In this document: one piece after another, positions 18,928 to 29,887 of the stretch
Layout: each line of letters begins with the position of its first letter
How positions within the stretch are numbered: the first letter of the stretch is position 1
Assembly: GCA_947447665.1 (NCBI GenBank)
Contig: CANFJX010000001.1
Location: 211,911 to 275,910 of the forward strand
Length of the DNA stretch: 64,000 bases
Source: Bacteriovoracaceae bacterium
GTDB lineage: Bacteria > Bdellovibrionota > UBA1018
Direction of reading: 5' to 3'
Notes under the pieces: generated by a model
The model's input: only the letters and a program-made list of their open reading frames with translations
What the model was told of the DNA's origin: nothing
Databases searched by the model: none
Made by a program: the position numbers and the translations under genes

Positions 18928-21900
18928 TTAAGCTTTTTCTCGCCTCTCTCTAAACTTGATCAACCCCTCACAGGTGTATTTATAACTATTTCGCATTGAT
19001 TCAAGCATCGGTTCAAGTTCTACTCTATTTTTTTCTCGAATAAGATCTTCAACTTTAATTAAAAGATCCCCTAGCTCAAAGGCACCTAGTGTCAGTGCTC
19101 CTGACTTCAAAGTGTGGACCTCACGTGCAGCACCCTCCAAATCATTGATCTTTAGACCTCTCTCAAGAGCATCTAATCTCTGCCTTGATTGGCTCAAAAA
19201 AGAGTTAATAATCTCAATAAGGATATCAGGTTTGCCTTCCATTTGTAGTTCATCAAACCGATTGAGCACTTCCTTACTAAGTTCAAAGCTCTTCCTTTCG
19301 TCGGTCGATTGGACCAGGTACCTCTTTAAAACTACCTCAAGCTCCTGCCTGTCAACCGGCTTCGAGAGGTAACCGTCCATTCCTGCCTCTCGACACTTCG
19401 TTTCATCACCCGAGACGGCATTCGCAGTCAAAGCAACGATTGGGATATTGCGCTCAGCTGAGGCTTTCTGTCTGATGATCCGAGTCGCCGTATAACCATC
19501 CATTTCTGGCATCTGGCAATCCATTAAAATTAAATCGTAATGGGCATAGCGCAAGGAATCGATCACCTCGTTACCGTTTGCCACTAGGTGATACTTACAA
19601 CCCCACTTATCTAAGACTCTGGAGATCACTAATTGATTAGTCGAGTTATCCTCGGCTACTAACACCCGACCCTCAAAAGATGGAGTTGGAGTTGGACTTG
19701 GCCTGAACTTTTGACTCTCACTGTGGCGCTCCAGCCTTCCACCCGTCTGCAGGCTTAAGGTGACTTTAAATGCTGCACCCTTTCCAAACTCACTGTCAAA
19801 GGTGATTTCTCCACCCATCATTTCCACGAGCCGCTTAGAAATAAAAAGCCCCAGCCCAGTGCCTCCGAATTTTCGACTGGTCGTTTTTTCTGCCTGAGAA
19901 AAGGCTTGGAACATTCTTGCCTTCGCCTCATCAGGAATACCAGTGCCGGTATCGCAAACAGTGATACAAATCTGAGTTCGACCTCTGTCTCCCTTTAATA
20001 CGGCAGACACTGCGACGCTTCCCTTTTCTGTGAACTTGATCGCATTGGAAACTAGGTTGTTGACTACTTGACCAATTTTCCCATCATCCCCAAGCACAGC
20101 GTAGTGATATGGAGTACAGTCGACGGATAGGCTAATCTTCTTTTTTTGAACGGAGTACTGAAATGGCTTTAAAAGCTCATGAAGATAGGTTGAAAAGTCA
20201 AACTCTGTCCCCTCAATTTCCATTTTTCCTGCTTCAATTTTAGAGAAATCTAAAATATCGTTAATGATCGTGAGCAAAGCCTTACCCGAGGCACAAATAG
20301 TATCGACACAATCTCTTTGCTCAGCATCCAGTTGGGTTTCTTCAAGTAATCCCGTCATACCGATAATGCCATTCAAAGGCGTCCGAATCTCGTGGCTCAT
20401 TGTGTACAAGAAATCAGACTTTGTGCTCGTTGCTTTTTCGGCTCGATCATAGGCCGCAGCAAGCTCTAACTGTTGAACTTTTTCTGCAGTAATGTCGCGT
20501 CTAACGGCAATATATTTCTCAATTTTTCCAGAGGAACCAACAAACGGGATAATCGTCGTGTCCACCCAGTAGTAAGTTCCTTTTTTGCTAAGATTGCAGA
20601 TCTCCCCATGCCAGGTAGTTCCAGACGAGATTGCTTTCCACATGGACCTAAAGAAGTTTTTGCCCATCCTACCAGAGTTTAAGAGGCGATGATCTTGTCC
20701 AATGAGCTCTGCTTCCGAGTAACCTGAAATTTCACAAAACTTCTCGTTAACGTATGTGATTTTCCCCGATTTATCCGTAAGCGCTAAAATGGCCGCTTTA
20801 TCCATGGCTAGCTTATAAAATGTATTCAGCTCTTCGGCCGACTTCAATGATGTTTTCAGTCTTTGCTCTAGTTCGATCTGATTTTTCTGAACATTGGTTA
20901 TATCGGAAAACGTACACATGACCCCCGAAGGTCTATCTGTGCCGGGAATTAAAATCGGCACAGCATTGATCAAAATTAGGCTTGGGCCTCCGTTTGGTTT
21001 TTGTACGATCATAGGAACATTGAGTTGAGGCTTGCCTGTCTTCAGACATAAAACAGATGGGTGCTCTGCCCCAGGAAATGCGCTCCCATCGGGCCTCTTT
21101 GTGACCCACTTTGGATCTAAAGTAGTTCGACCTGAGAGCTCGTCGGCGGAGAGACCAAGAATCTGAATTGCAGCGCGATTGAATTTGGAAATCTTGGTTT
21201 TCCCGTCTTGAAGCACAACTCCTTCTCTCATGCTTTCAAAGAGTTGCTCTAACTCAGCTGATCTTGATTCGGCGAGCGCCTTGGCCTCCTCAGTTTCAAT
21301 CTCTAACAACTTGAGTTCGGAGATGTCCTCAACCGCGGAGAGAAGAGAGAAGTCCTCAGTGCCTGGAATCGGAATCGGTCTGCTGGATACCTGCACCCAA
21401 ATCTCTCGGCCCTCTTTGGTGATATACCTCTTTTGAAATAGAGAAAGCTTAAAGTCTAAGTTCTTAAAATCGAGAGCAGTATCCTTCGTTTTTTTTAAAT
21501 CGTCTGGATGGGTGATTTCATAGACTGACATACTCTTGAGTTCTTCTTGTGTATACCCAAGCATTTTAGCAAAAGTAGGGTTCACTTCTAAGAATCGCAA
21601 TTTCGAATCCAGGTGAATCAGACCTATAGGCATGTAATCGAAAACTGTGCGGAATTTTAAGTCGTTTTGCGCTCGCCGACGAAGCTCCAGTTGACTCACC
21701 ACCTGCTTCGCCAAGATCTGTAAGGCGGCCGTCTGATCTGTGCTTAAATTGCGAGGATGCCTATCGATTACACAAAGGGTCCCGATCGTTTGACCTGTGA
21801 GCGTCTGCAATGGAGCCCCTGCATAAAAGCGAACCTGAGGTGCACCAATCACGAGTGGATTGTCATGAAACCGATCATCCTTGAGCGAGTCAGGAACAAT

Positions 21901-22164
21901 GAAAACATCTTTTTGTAAAATCGCATGAGCGCAGAAGGCGAAATCCCGCGGGGTTTCACTCACATCAAGTCCTACCTTAGACTTGAACCACTGCCGATTT
22001 TCATCGATGAGACTAATCAGCGCAATCGGAGCCCCACAAATTTTAGCGGCGAGATCCGTGAGATCATCGAAAACCTGCTCGGCCCGGGTATCGAGCACAT
22101 CATAGGACCGAAGGGCTTGCAATCGCTCAATTTCGTGAGTTGGGATATTCGCAGTTTTCATCAA
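18928..22164 (-). CDS. Hybrid sensor histidine kinase (GAF - multiple PAS - HisKA - HATPase - REC - HPt), cytoplasmic
   Basis: It has an N-terminal GAF domain, three PAS-like segments, the H-box [20 protein letters not shown] and a G-box GTGLGL. The receiver is [13 protein letters not shown]...[12 protein letters not shown] and the C-terminus has an HPt domain ([11 protein letters not shown]). Confidence 0.85.
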   Translation of the reverse strand: MMKTANIPTHEIERLQALRSYDVLDTRAEQVFDDLTDLAAKICGAPIALISLIDENRQWFKSKVGLDVSETPRDFAFCAHAILQKDVFIVPDSLKDDRFHDNPLVIGAPQVRFYAGAPLQTLTGQTIGTLCVIDRHPRNLSTDQTAALQILAKQVVSQLELRRRAQNDLKFRTVFDYMPIGLIHLDSKLRFLEVNPTFAKMLGYTQEELKSMSVYEITHPDDLKKTKDTALDFKNLDFKLSLFQKRYITKEGREIWVQVSSRPIPIPGTEDFSLLSAVEDISELKLLEIETEEAKALAESRSAELEQLFESMREGVVLQDGKTKISKFNRAAIQILGLSADELSGRTTLDPKWVTKRPDGSAFPGAEHPSVLCLKTGKPQLNVPMIVQKPNGGPSLILINAVPILIPGTDRPSGVMCTFSDITNVQKNQIELEQRLKTSLKSAEELNTFYKLAMDKAAILALTDKSGKITYVNEKFCEISGYSEAELIGQDHRLLNSGRMGKNFFRSMWKAISSGTTWHGEICNLSKKGTYYWVDTTIIPFVGSSGKIEKYIAVRRDITAEKVQQLELAAAYDRAEKATSTKSDFLYTMSHEIRTPLNGIIGMTGLLEETQLDAEQRDCVDTICASGKALLTIINDILDFSKIEAGKMEIEGTEFDFSTYLHELLKPFQYSVQKKKISLSVDCTPYHYAVLGDDGKIGQVVNNLVSNAIKFTEKGSVAVSAVLKGDRGRTQICITVCDTGTGIPDEAKARMFQAFSQAEKTTSRKFGGTGLGLFISKRLVEMMGGEITFDSEFGKGAAFKVTLSLQTGGRLERHSESQKFRPSPTPTPSFEGRVLVAEDNSTNQLVISRVLDKWGCKYHLVANGNEVIDSLRYAHYDLILMDCQMPEMDGYTATRIIRQKASAERNIPIVALTANAVSGDETKCREAGMDGYLSKPVDRQELEVVLKRYLVQSTDERKSFELSKEVLNRFDELQMEGKPDILIEIINSFLSQSRQRLDALERGLKINDLEGAAREVHTLKSGALTLGAFELGDLLIKVEDLIREKNRVELEPMLESMRNSYKYTCEGLIKFRERREKA

Positions 22165-22229
22165 TCTGCTTCGTCATTTCGCGCCAAAGCCTTGAGTTTT
22201 CGAGGAAAATCTCATAGAAAGACTCATCT

Positions 22230-24059
22230 ATGAGCGCAAATTCAAATCCAACTGTTTCAGACTCTCTTTATCGTATTCGACATAGCCTGGCCCACATCAT
22301 GGCTGAGGCCGTAATGGAACTCAGGCCAGGAACCAAGCTTGGATTTGGTCCCCCCATTGACGATGGATTTTACTACGACTTTATTCTCCCCTCGCCAATT
22401 ACAGAAGAAGATTTCCCTGAGATTGAGAAGAAAATGCGCCGATTGATCCAGGATGGTCACCGTTTTGATCGGGAAGAACTCCCCAAAGAGCAAGCCCTAG
22501 CAAGACTCGATGAAATGGGCGAGCCCTACAAGCGGCAATACGCCGAGGAGTTAATTGAAAAGCGAGGGCTCCAGAACCTCACCTTCTACAAGACGGGTCC
22601 TTTCATGGACATGTGCGACGGCCCCCACGTAGAAACCAGTCGTAACCTCCCGGTTCAAGGCTTCAAACTCAGAAGCCTTGCGGGAGCCTACTGGCGAGGC
22701 GATTCAAGAAACGCCATGATGACGAGGATCTACGCCTGGGCGTTTGAAAGCAAAGCCGAGCTCGACGCCTACGCCAAGGCATTCAAAGAAGCTCAAGAGC
22801 GGGATCACAAGAAACTCGGCAAGGAGCTAGACATTTTTGTCATCGATGACTCAATCGGCAAAGGCCTTCCTCTCTGGCTACCGAACGGCACGATTATCCG
22901 AGACGAGCTCGAGAAGCTGATGAAGGAGCTCGAATTTAAAGGAGGCTACCAACGCGTCGTCACTCCTCACCTAGCCAAGACTGACCTGTACCATCAGACA
23001 GGGCACCTTCCCTACTATGCCGCCCATATGTTTCCCTTCATGGAAATCAAAGAACACCAACCGGCTGGTACACCGGACGACGGATCCGAAGTAAAAGAGA
23101 CCTACTGCTTGAAGCCAATGAACTGCCCACACCACCACAAGATTTTCTCATCTCGAATGAGGAGCTACCGAGACCTGCCGCTTCGGCTTGCTGAATACGG
23201 GCAGGTTTACCGATTCGAGGACTCCGGCGCTCTTTCAGGCCTGCTTCGAGTCCGCGGGATGTGCATGAATGATGGTCACATCTATTGCACTGAGGACCAG
23301 ATTAAGAAAGAATTCCTATCGGTGATGAATATGCACAAAGAGGTCTATGAGATCTTGAACATCACCTCCTACTCCATGCGCTTTTCCACCTGGGACCCAG
23401 AAGATCCGAAAGGGAAAGAAAAATATATCGATAATCCCAGAGCTTGGGAGTGGACCCAGAAGCTCGTTTACGAGGCCATGATTGAAAGTGGTCTACCTTT
23501 CAAAGAAGGAAAGGGAGAGGCAGCATTTTATGGGCCAAAGATCGACTTTCAATTTAAGACGGTGACCGGACGAGAAGAAACTGCCAGTACGAATCAACTA
23601 GATTTTGGTATCGCCGAGAGATTGGACCTCAAGTACGTCGGTGTCGACAATCAGGAGCATCGCCCTTACATTATCCACCGAGCTCCGTTGGGAACTCATG
23701 AGCGATTCGTTGCATTTTTGATCGAACACTACGGCGGGGCGTTCCCAACTTGGCTTGCACCCGTGCAAGTTCGAGCCATTACGGTCAGTGATAAGTTCAA
23801 TGAGTACGCGGAGAAAATTGTTTCAGCCCTCCGCTCCAATCTAGTGCGAGCAGAGCTAGAACAATCCCCTGACACGATGGGGAAAAAAATCCGAAACGCC
23901 TCCAAGCAGAAAATCCCCAATCTCCTCATCATCGGAGAGCGGGAACAAGCGGACGGAACCGTGACGCTTAGAAAATTCGGACAGGAAGCCCAAGTCTCGA
24001 TGACCGTGGCTGAATTTGAGAAATGGATTCTCGAGCAAATCAAAAACCGAGCACGTTGA
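22230..24059 (+). CDS. thrS: Threonyl-tRNA synthetase lacking the N-terminal TGS (N1) domain
   Basis: The editing-domain HxxxH (RHSLAHIMAEAV) sits near residue 20 rather than about 70. Class II motifs and the anticodon-binding domain are present; 609 aa. Confidence 0.9.
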   Translation: MSANSNPTVSDSLYRIRHSLAHIMAEAVMELRPGTKLGFGPPIDDGFYYDFILPSPITEEDFPEIEKKMRRLIQDGHRFDREELPKEQALARLDEMGEPYKRQYAEELIEKRGLQNLTFYKTGPFMDMCDGPHVETSRNLPVQGFKLRSLAGAYWRGDSRNAMMTRIYAWAFESKAELDAYAKAFKEAQERDHKKLGKELDIFVIDDSIGKGLPLWLPNGTIIRDELEKLMKELEFKGGYQRVVTPHLAKTDLYHQTGHLPYYAAHMFPFMEIKEHQPAGTPDDGSEVKETYCLKPMNCPHHHKIFSSRMRSYRDLPLRLAEYGQVYRFEDSGALSGLLRVRGMCMNDGHIYCTEDQIKKEFLSVMNMHKEVYEILNITSYSMRFSTWDPEDPKGKEKYIDNPRAWEWTQKLVYEAMIESGLPFKEGKGEAAFYGPKIDFQFKTVTGREETASTNQLDFGIAERLDLKYVGVDNQEHRPYIIHRAPLGTHERFVAFLIEHYGGAFPTWLAPVQVRAITVSDKFNEYAEKIVSALRSNLVRAELEQSPDTMGKKIRNASKQKIPNLLIIGEREQADGTVTLRKFGQEAQVSMTVAEFEKWILEQIKNRAR

Positions 24060-24796
24060 ATAGTCGTTCGGATTGGAAATCGTTTGAAGGTTGGATTCAA
24101 GCCTTAGAACATCGTCTCGACGCGGAGCTACCTGAAGCCCAGGCGAGGATTTTCTTTACTGCACTCAAAGCAGAGACTCAGCGTGCTCCAAGCTTGCTTA
24201 CTCGTCTTCGCTCTGAGATTGAAGTACACCCTGAGTTTTTCGAAATGGGTGGACATGTTGCACCTGAGATTCAGTTTTTTCTGAGCCAGCCTGAGGTTTG
24301 GACCGAAAAACACCTCCCCGCTCTGCAGCGACGCACAGAGTGGATTACAGGACGTTTGGCAATTTTAAATTGTCTGGCCCGAAGCTCCAGCACTGGTTCG
24401 AGCGCAGATGCTCAGCTCTCTTTTCGATCCTCAGTGACGCATTCGGATGGTCATGTCATTGCCTGCGGGTCGCGATCTAAAAATGGCCTAGGCATCGATC
24501 TTGAACGAACCTCGAGAAATATCTCAACCGCCGCAGTTCACCGGATTGCTTCAGAAGCAGAACGAGGCCTCGGTCTCACTCCCATTGAACTCTGGACCAT
24601 TAAGGAGGCTTCATTTAAAGCTCTGCAACTTCAACCTCCTGCGACTATAAGCCAGATCGTAGTGAATTCGATCCGCGGCGCTAAAACCGGAGAGAGCAGC
24701 CACCTCACGAAAACTTGCCGCTACTGGATTCAATCGAGCCGCAATTGGACGGTTTGCGTTGCTTTTGAGGTCAAACCAGACACAGTGTCAGTTTGA
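24023..24796 (+). CDS. 4'-phosphopantetheinyl transferase superfamily protein (Sfp-like); start uncertain
   Basis: GIDLERTSR...(W)TIKEASFKALQ matches the PPTase GxD(I/V)E and WxxKEAxxKA motifs. The ORF overlaps the thrS stop in another frame. Confidence 0.5.
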   Translation: MDSRANQKPSTLNSRSDWKSFEGWIQALEHRLDAELPEAQARIFFTALKAETQRAPSLLTRLRSEIEVHPEFFEMGGHVAPEIQFFLSQPEVWTEKHLPALQRRTEWITGRLAILNCLARSSSTGSSADAQLSFRSSVTHSDGHVIACGSRSKNGLGIDLERTSRNISTAAVHRIASEAERGLGLTPIELWTIKEASFKALQLQPPATISQIVVNSIRGAKTGESSHLTKTCRYWIQSSRNWTVCVAFEVKPDTVSV

Positions 24797-24893
24797 AAAA
24801 AATCGCAGAAATAAGCCTAAAAATTAATTTTTTAAACAATCGGTCGCTTTATCACCGTTGTTTTTGTACTATTTTAGATAGGACGTTTTACAA

Positions 24894-26060
24894 ATGAAAG
24901 TTGTTCGGAAGAAAAATTTAGGTTCGAAACGCAGTCGAATCCCGTGGTTTTTCATCGTCAGCGCAATCTCTCTCCAGTGCTCTTGCAGCGCCTCCAAACA
25001 GACGGGGAGTACTCTTGATGCTTTTAAAATTGAGCAATCGAAATCCAAAACGATCACTCGAGCAGCCGACCTTGGATCAGGTGATCATACCTCCTTCTCC
25101 CGCCCCACGGGAGTCGCGGCCGAAAGCGGGCGACTTGCTGTGGCTGACACTGACCACAACCGTGTCCTAATCTGGAAAGCCATTCCAACCATTTCAACTC
25201 ATGAAAATACTAAAACCCCACCTCCTGAACTTATTTTGGGCCAAACTCAAACCGATCAGCTTGGCCCAACTGCAACGTCGCTTAATGGGCCCTCGGATGT
25301 AAAATTCAATAACGAACAGATACTCGTATCGGACTCCCTAAATAACCGCGTTCTAATTTGGAATCACTTGCCCTCGACAGATGGACAGGCCCCCGACCTC
25401 GTCATTGGCCAAAAAGACTTAAACTCGAGCACGCCTGGGTCGACTGCAAAATCTCTGCTCTCTCCCTCTGGCATTGCAGTTGATCCTGATGGAGATCTCT
25501 TTATTGCCGATCAGCTGAACAATCGCGTTCTTTACTACCAAGGAATTCCCACTTCCGACTACGCGGCCGCCACTTTCGTCATTGGGCAAAACTCTTTTGG
25601 GGCGACTGAGGCATCCATTGGCCCGAATGGACTTAATAACCCCAGAGGAGTTGCAGCGGCAAATGGAAGGCTTGCCGTTGCTGACACTGACAACCAGAGG
25701 GTTTTGATCTACCATTTTCCGCCCACAACCAATGGATCGGCGGCCATTCGCGTCTTAGGGCAGCCTGACTTTTTCAGCAAAGGGTATGATTGCTCAGCCA
25801 CAGGACTCAATTCACCTTGGTCTGTAGCCTTTAAGGGTAACTCTCTGTACGTGGCCGATACAAATAATCATCGGGTTCTCGTCTGGAACGACGTCAGCTC
25901 AATCCAAGACAACCAGCCTGCCGATCGGGTTTTTGGGCAATCCGACCTCTCAAGTTGCGGTCAAACTTCTATCGGTAGAATTTTTGGCCTGTCTGTAGAC
26001 TCGCAAAACTACCTATGGCTCTCTGATTCGGATAACAACCTAGTGTATCCAACTCACTGA
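24894..26060 (+). CDS. Secreted NHL-repeat (beta-propeller) protein
   Basis: It has a signal peptide and six repeats of the ...AD..NNRVLIW.. type (NHL repeats). Confidence 0.65.
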   Translation: MKVVRKKNLGSKRSRIPWFFIVSAISLQCSCSASKQTGSTLDAFKIEQSKSKTITRAADLGSGDHTSFSRPTGVAAESGRLAVADTDHNRVLIWKAIPTISTHENTKTPPPELILGQTQTDQLGPTATSLNGPSDVKFNNEQILVSDSLNNRVLIWNHLPSTDGQAPDLVIGQKDLNSSTPGSTAKSLLSPSGIAVDPDGDLFIADQLNNRVLYYQGIPTSDYAAATFVIGQNSFGATEASIGPNGLNNPRGVAAANGRLAVADTDNQRVLIYHFPPTTNGSAAIRVLGQPDFFSKGYDCSATGLNSPWSVAFKGNSLYVADTNNHRVLVWNDVSSIQDNQPADRVFGQSDLSSCGQTSIGRIFGLSVDSQNYLWLSDSDNNLVYPTH

Positions 26061-26100
26061 AAACTAGGGACTGGCAGCTAAGATGATGGGAAATGTAAAA

Positions 26101-26190
26101 TGGCGGAGAGAGTGGGATTCGAACCCACGTTAGACTTTCATCTAAACACGCTTTCCAAGCGTGCGCCTTCAGCCACTCGGCCATCTCTCC
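26101..26190 (-). tRNA. tRNA-Ser (anticodon GGA)
   Basis: The reverse complement folds as a class II tRNA: acceptor GGAGAGA/TCTCTCC, anticodon stem CACGC/GCGTG with loop TTGGAAA (GGA), a long variable arm, T-arm GTGGGTTCGAATCCCAC and a 3' CCA. Confidence 0.85.
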
Positions 26191-26244
26191 GTTGAATTGT
26201 AGGCGAAATAGTACGATCTCACCCGCCTGCTGTCAACAGCTTAT

Positions 26245-26994
26245 CTAGGCCGCACGTCCGTTTCTCGCAGAGCAATCTTCCATCAGCTTGGCGGCCTCAG
26301 CCTCGATGGCAGCTTTAAGAATTTCACCTACCCAGGCGCTCGCCTGTTTTTTAACTTCATCCCGAATGAGCTGACTTAAGAAGGTATCCTTCAGTTCAGA
26401 GAAAACCTGGGTGGCAATCCCTTCGGCCTGCCGCTTCATTGAGGTCTGCAAGATATCAAACGCGAGCTGATCAACCCGACCACTCAAGCTTACGTCCTTA
26501 AATTCGGAGGTAACGACCCTAGAGGCCACTGCATCATCTACCTGAACTTGTTCAAATTCTTCCATCATCCCGTCCATCATTCCTTCTTTCATCAAATTTG
26601 AGACTAACTGATAAGTGGCCATCCAAGTGTCCTGAAGCTCTTGTGTCCAATTGTCCGAGTAAAAGTAGGCGAGAGTACCAATGAGCGCCTTACCGACCCA
26701 TTCTAAATGCTCAGTTTTAGCTCCGTATTCAATATGACGCATGCCCATATTTTTTAAATAAATTTCTAATTTTTTTGTATTTTCAATGTTCTCAACTATA
26801 AATGCTAGTGATTCGGCCAGAGCCATTTTTTGAATCGAGAATGACTCGACAGAAAAAAGTTTCCTGAGCTCAGAGTGCTCACTCAAAAGAACTTCATAGA
26901 AATGATCGACAAAGTCGTCTGCTATACTAAGAATTGGCTGAAAGGATCGCTTAAGCAAAGAGGGATTAATCGACATACTCATCATCCTTGTCAA
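26245..26994 (-). CDS. Single-domain bacterial haemoglobin (3/3 globin, Vitreoscilla-Hb-like) with a roughly 100-aa C-terminal extension
   Basis: It aligns by eye to VHb: FYEVLLSEHSELRKLF, the IENTKKL region, proximal-His region MRHIEYGAKTEHLEWVGKAL. No FNR-type reductase domain is present. Confidence 0.65.
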   Translation of the reverse strand: MTRMMSMSINPSLLKRSFQPILSIADDFVDHFYEVLLSEHSELRKLFSVESFSIQKMALAESLAFIVENIENTKKLEIYLKNMGMRHIEYGAKTEHLEWVGKALIGTLAYFYSDNWTQELQDTWMATYQLVSNLMKEGMMDGMMEEFEQVQVDDAVASRVVTSEFKDVSLSGRVDQLAFDILQTSMKRQAEGIATQVFSELKDTFLSQLIRDEVKKQASAWVGEILKAAIEAEAAKLMEDCSARNGRAA

Positions 26995-27145
26995 GTTTTG
27001 AAGGCCAAATCATTCTGATTTGTCCAACAAATTGATCGGACTTCCAAGCACTACCCTTTAATTACTTTGAGTGAAAATTATCGAATATTCCAAGATGGCA
27101 CTTTCCATTTAGAATTTATTTACCTAGTATATAAAGAAATACAAA

Positions 27146-29887
27146 ATGAGCGAATTATTAACCCCAGAATCCTATCAAGAATTTTATGCCGAGTGCGAAG
27201 AAATCATCGCTCGGGTCTCCCAATACCTGACCGAGATGGACAAAAACAAGCAAAACGCTACCCTAATCGATTCAGTTTACCGAGACATTCACACCATTAA
27301 AGGTTCAGCTCAGCTTTTTGGCTTTTCAGAAATTGGCAAAATCGCACACGCAATGGAAGCGTCTCTTGAGCCAGCGCGCCGAAGAAATATCCCACTCAGC
27401 CCTGACTGGATGGATTGCCTCCTCTCGTGCCTGGATCTAATCGAGCGGCTAATTAAAGCCAAAAAGGACCCCATCCTCGGGTATAAAATCGACCAGGATA
27501 CCATCTATCTCACCGTTAGCCATCTCATCGAAGCAGCTACGAGAAACTTTAAAACTGACCTTTTCGTCACTAAGGATTTTTTTGTGCCGATTGAAACACC
27601 CGACAGAAGGCAAATTTCACAATCAAGCGAATCTCTGCTCTCCGACCATTCGCTCCTATCTCCAGAAACCCAGACTCACTCTCAGAACTCCGCTCAGTCT
27701 CGAGAAAAAGAAGAGACCTCCAGCACCAATAAGGAGTCTGCATCGACCATTCGGGTGCAAGTCACTCTTCTAGACCGACTCATGAACTTGGTAGGAGAAA
27801 TGGTTCTAGTTCGAAACCAAGTTCTTCAATACTCTCATGATCATGAAGATTTCACTCTCCTGAACCTGAGTCAAAAGCTTGATCTCGTCACCAGTGAACT
27901 TCAAGAGGAGGTGATGAAGACTAGAATGCAACCGATCGGCACCATTCTCTCGAAATTCACACGTTTCGTCCGAGATCTAGCCCGAGATCTCAACAAGACC
28001 ATCGAAATTTCAATCGAGGGTGCTGAAACAGAACTAGACAAAACCCTGATCGAAGCCATTAAAGATCCGCTCACCCACATCATTCGGAATGCCTGCGACC
28101 ACGGGATTGAGGATGCCGAGGAGCGGAGAAAGTTTAGCAAAGCTCCGACTGGAAAAATATTGGTCAGTTCGCTCCAAGAAAGCGGCCAAGTCGTCGTAGA
28201 AATCCTTGATGATGGAAGGGGTCTCGATCCAAAAAAGCTACTCAGCAAAGCGATTGAGAAAAAATTTATCTCACAGGAGCAGGCCCAGCTCCTCTCAGAT
28301 CGTGAAATTTTTCAGCTTATTTTCATACCTGGATTTTCAACTGCCGATAAAGTAAATCCTGTATCGGGACGCGGCGTCGGGATGGACGTCGTAAAAACAA
28401 ACATTGAGAAGATCGGTGGCACGGTTGAAATAAAGAGCGAACTCAATCGCGGAACTTGTATTCGTCTTAGAATTCCCCTCACCCTGGCCATCGTCCCGGC
28501 GCTCATCGTCCGCTTCAAAAACAATCGATTTGCCATCCCTCAAGTCAAGCTCCTAGAACTGGTACGAGTCGACGCATCAGAGACCCAAAACAAGCTTGAG
28601 TTTCTCCAAGGAAAGCCCGTTTTTAGGTTAAGGGGAAATTTACTTCCTCTCGTATCGCTAGATGAAATCATCGAAGAAAAATCCGCAGACGCATCACAAG
28701 AAAGCTTAAAACGACAAACAGAAAACGGCGTCAATATCATTGTGCTTGCGACTGACTCTGGCCCTTTTGGCTTGATCGTTGACGAAATTTTGGACACAGC
28801 TGACATCGTTGTTAAGCCGTTAGCTAAGTTTTTTAGAAAGCTGATGATTTATTCTGGTGCAACTATCATGGGCGATGGAAGTGTGTCTTTGATTTTTGAC
28901 GTACTTGGCATTGCCGCAAAAGCGAATCTCAATCAAAATCGGAGTCGCAACCAGGAGCTGGGTACTCGAATCCAAACTAGAGGCTCTCAAAACCAGCCAG
29001 AAACGCAGGAGATGCTTTTATTCTCACTAAAATCAGATGGAAACTTTACCATCCCTCTTTGCCTCGTGCAGCGACTCGAGGAATTCTCAAGGCAAGAAAT
29101 TGAGGTTTCTGGGCGGCACCGAATTGTGCAGTATCGAGACGCCGTGCTTCCCCTCATCTCGCTCAATCAAGTTTTGGGCTTCAGTGCACCCGAAGGCGAA
29201 TCACCACCCACAGCCCAAGCAGAATCCGAGAAGGTGCCTATCATTGTTATCCAAAAGCGAAATCGACTCTACGGGATCGAGGTAGACCGAATCATTGACA
29301 TTTTCCTTGCCGATCGCGAAATCGAAGACCCGATTAGGGAAACTCCAGGAATCTTGGGCAACATCATTCTTGGAAATGAAGTTTCTACCGTAATTGACGT
29401 ACTGAGCGTCATTGACTTAATGACCGGACAGGTAGATTCTAAAAAAGAAAGTCACGCAAGAGAAGCGCCTCAGGCTTTAAAAGAACTGATGACGTCAAAA
29501 CCTCTTCGCATTCTCTTTGCTGAAGATACGATATTTTTTGTCAAGCAGGTCAGTAAAATCCTCACCTCGCAAGGGCATCATGTAACTCACGCAGGAGATG
29601 GAGCCCAAGCGCTCGAAATTCTTGAGAAGTCTCGGCCAGGTGAATTCGACTTAGTTCTGTCGGATATTGAAATGCCTAAGCTCAATGGATTTCAGCTCGC
29701 TCAAAAGATTAGATCCCTCAAGGAATTTTCGGGTATTCCCATGATTGCACTAACAACGCGAATGAGAGAATCCGATATCGAGCGCGGGAAAAACGTTGGA
29801 TTTAACCGGTACATTGAAAAACTAAAAAGCGATCAACTCATCGAAGCCATTCAGGAGATCTCTCATGAGCGAACCCTCTCTCACTAG
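27146..29887 (+). CDS. cheA: Hybrid chemotaxis histidine kinase CheA (HPt - dimerisation - HATPase - CheW-like x2-3 - REC)
   Basis: It has the HPt motif HTIKGSAQLFG, a Ser/Thr-rich linker, HATPase (IRNACDHGIE..., GRGVGMDVV), CheW-like segments and a C-terminal receiver (ILFAEDTIFF...LSDIEMPKLNGF). Confidence 0.85.
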   Translation: MSELLTPESYQEFYAECEEIIARVSQYLTEMDKNKQNATLIDSVYRDIHTIKGSAQLFGFSEIGKIAHAMEASLEPARRRNIPLSPDWMDCLLSCLDLIERLIKAKKDPILGYKIDQDTIYLTVSHLIEAATRNFKTDLFVTKDFFVPIETPDRRQISQSSESLLSDHSLLSPETQTHSQNSAQSREKEETSSTNKESASTIRVQVTLLDRLMNLVGEMVLVRNQVLQYSHDHEDFTLLNLSQKLDLVTSELQEEVMKTRMQPIGTILSKFTRFVRDLARDLNKTIEISIEGAETELDKTLIEAIKDPLTHIIRNACDHGIEDAEERRKFSKAPTGKILVSSLQESGQVVVEILDDGRGLDPKKLLSKAIEKKFISQEQAQLLSDREIFQLIFIPGFSTADKVNPVSGRGVGMDVVKTNIEKIGGTVEIKSELNRGTCIRLRIPLTLAIVPALIVRFKNNRFAIPQVKLLELVRVDASETQNKLEFLQGKPVFRLRGNLLPLVSLDEIIEEKSADASQESLKRQTENGVNIIVLATDSGPFGLIVDEILDTADIVVKPLAKFFRKLMIYSGATIMGDGSVSLIFDVLGIAAKANLNQNRSRNQELGTRIQTRGSQNQPETQEMLLFSLKSDGNFTIPLCLVQRLEEFSRQEIEVSGRHRIVQYRDAVLPLISLNQVLGFSAPEGESPPTAQAESEKVPIIVIQKRNRLYGIEVDRIIDIFLADREIEDPIRETPGILGNIILGNEVSTVIDVLSVIDLMTGQVDSKKESHAREAPQALKELMTSKPLRILFAEDTIFFVKQVSKILTSQGHHVTHAGDGAQALEILEKSRPGEFDLVLSDIEMPKLNGFQLAQKIRSLKEFSGIPMIALTTRMRESDIERGKNVGFNRYIEKLKSDQLIEAIQEISHERTLSH

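Noticed and set aside
25969-26184. 71-aa minus-strand ORF (MAEWLKAHAWKACLDESLTWVRIPLSPP...)
   Set aside because: It overlaps the tRNA-Ser gene; the peptide is a translation of the tRNA sequence.
26095-26245. tRNA-Ser as a possible genomic-island integration site
   Set aside because: No integrase, direct repeat of the tRNA 3' end, or atypical gene content was seen on either side. The flanking genes (NHL protein, globin, che cluster) look native.
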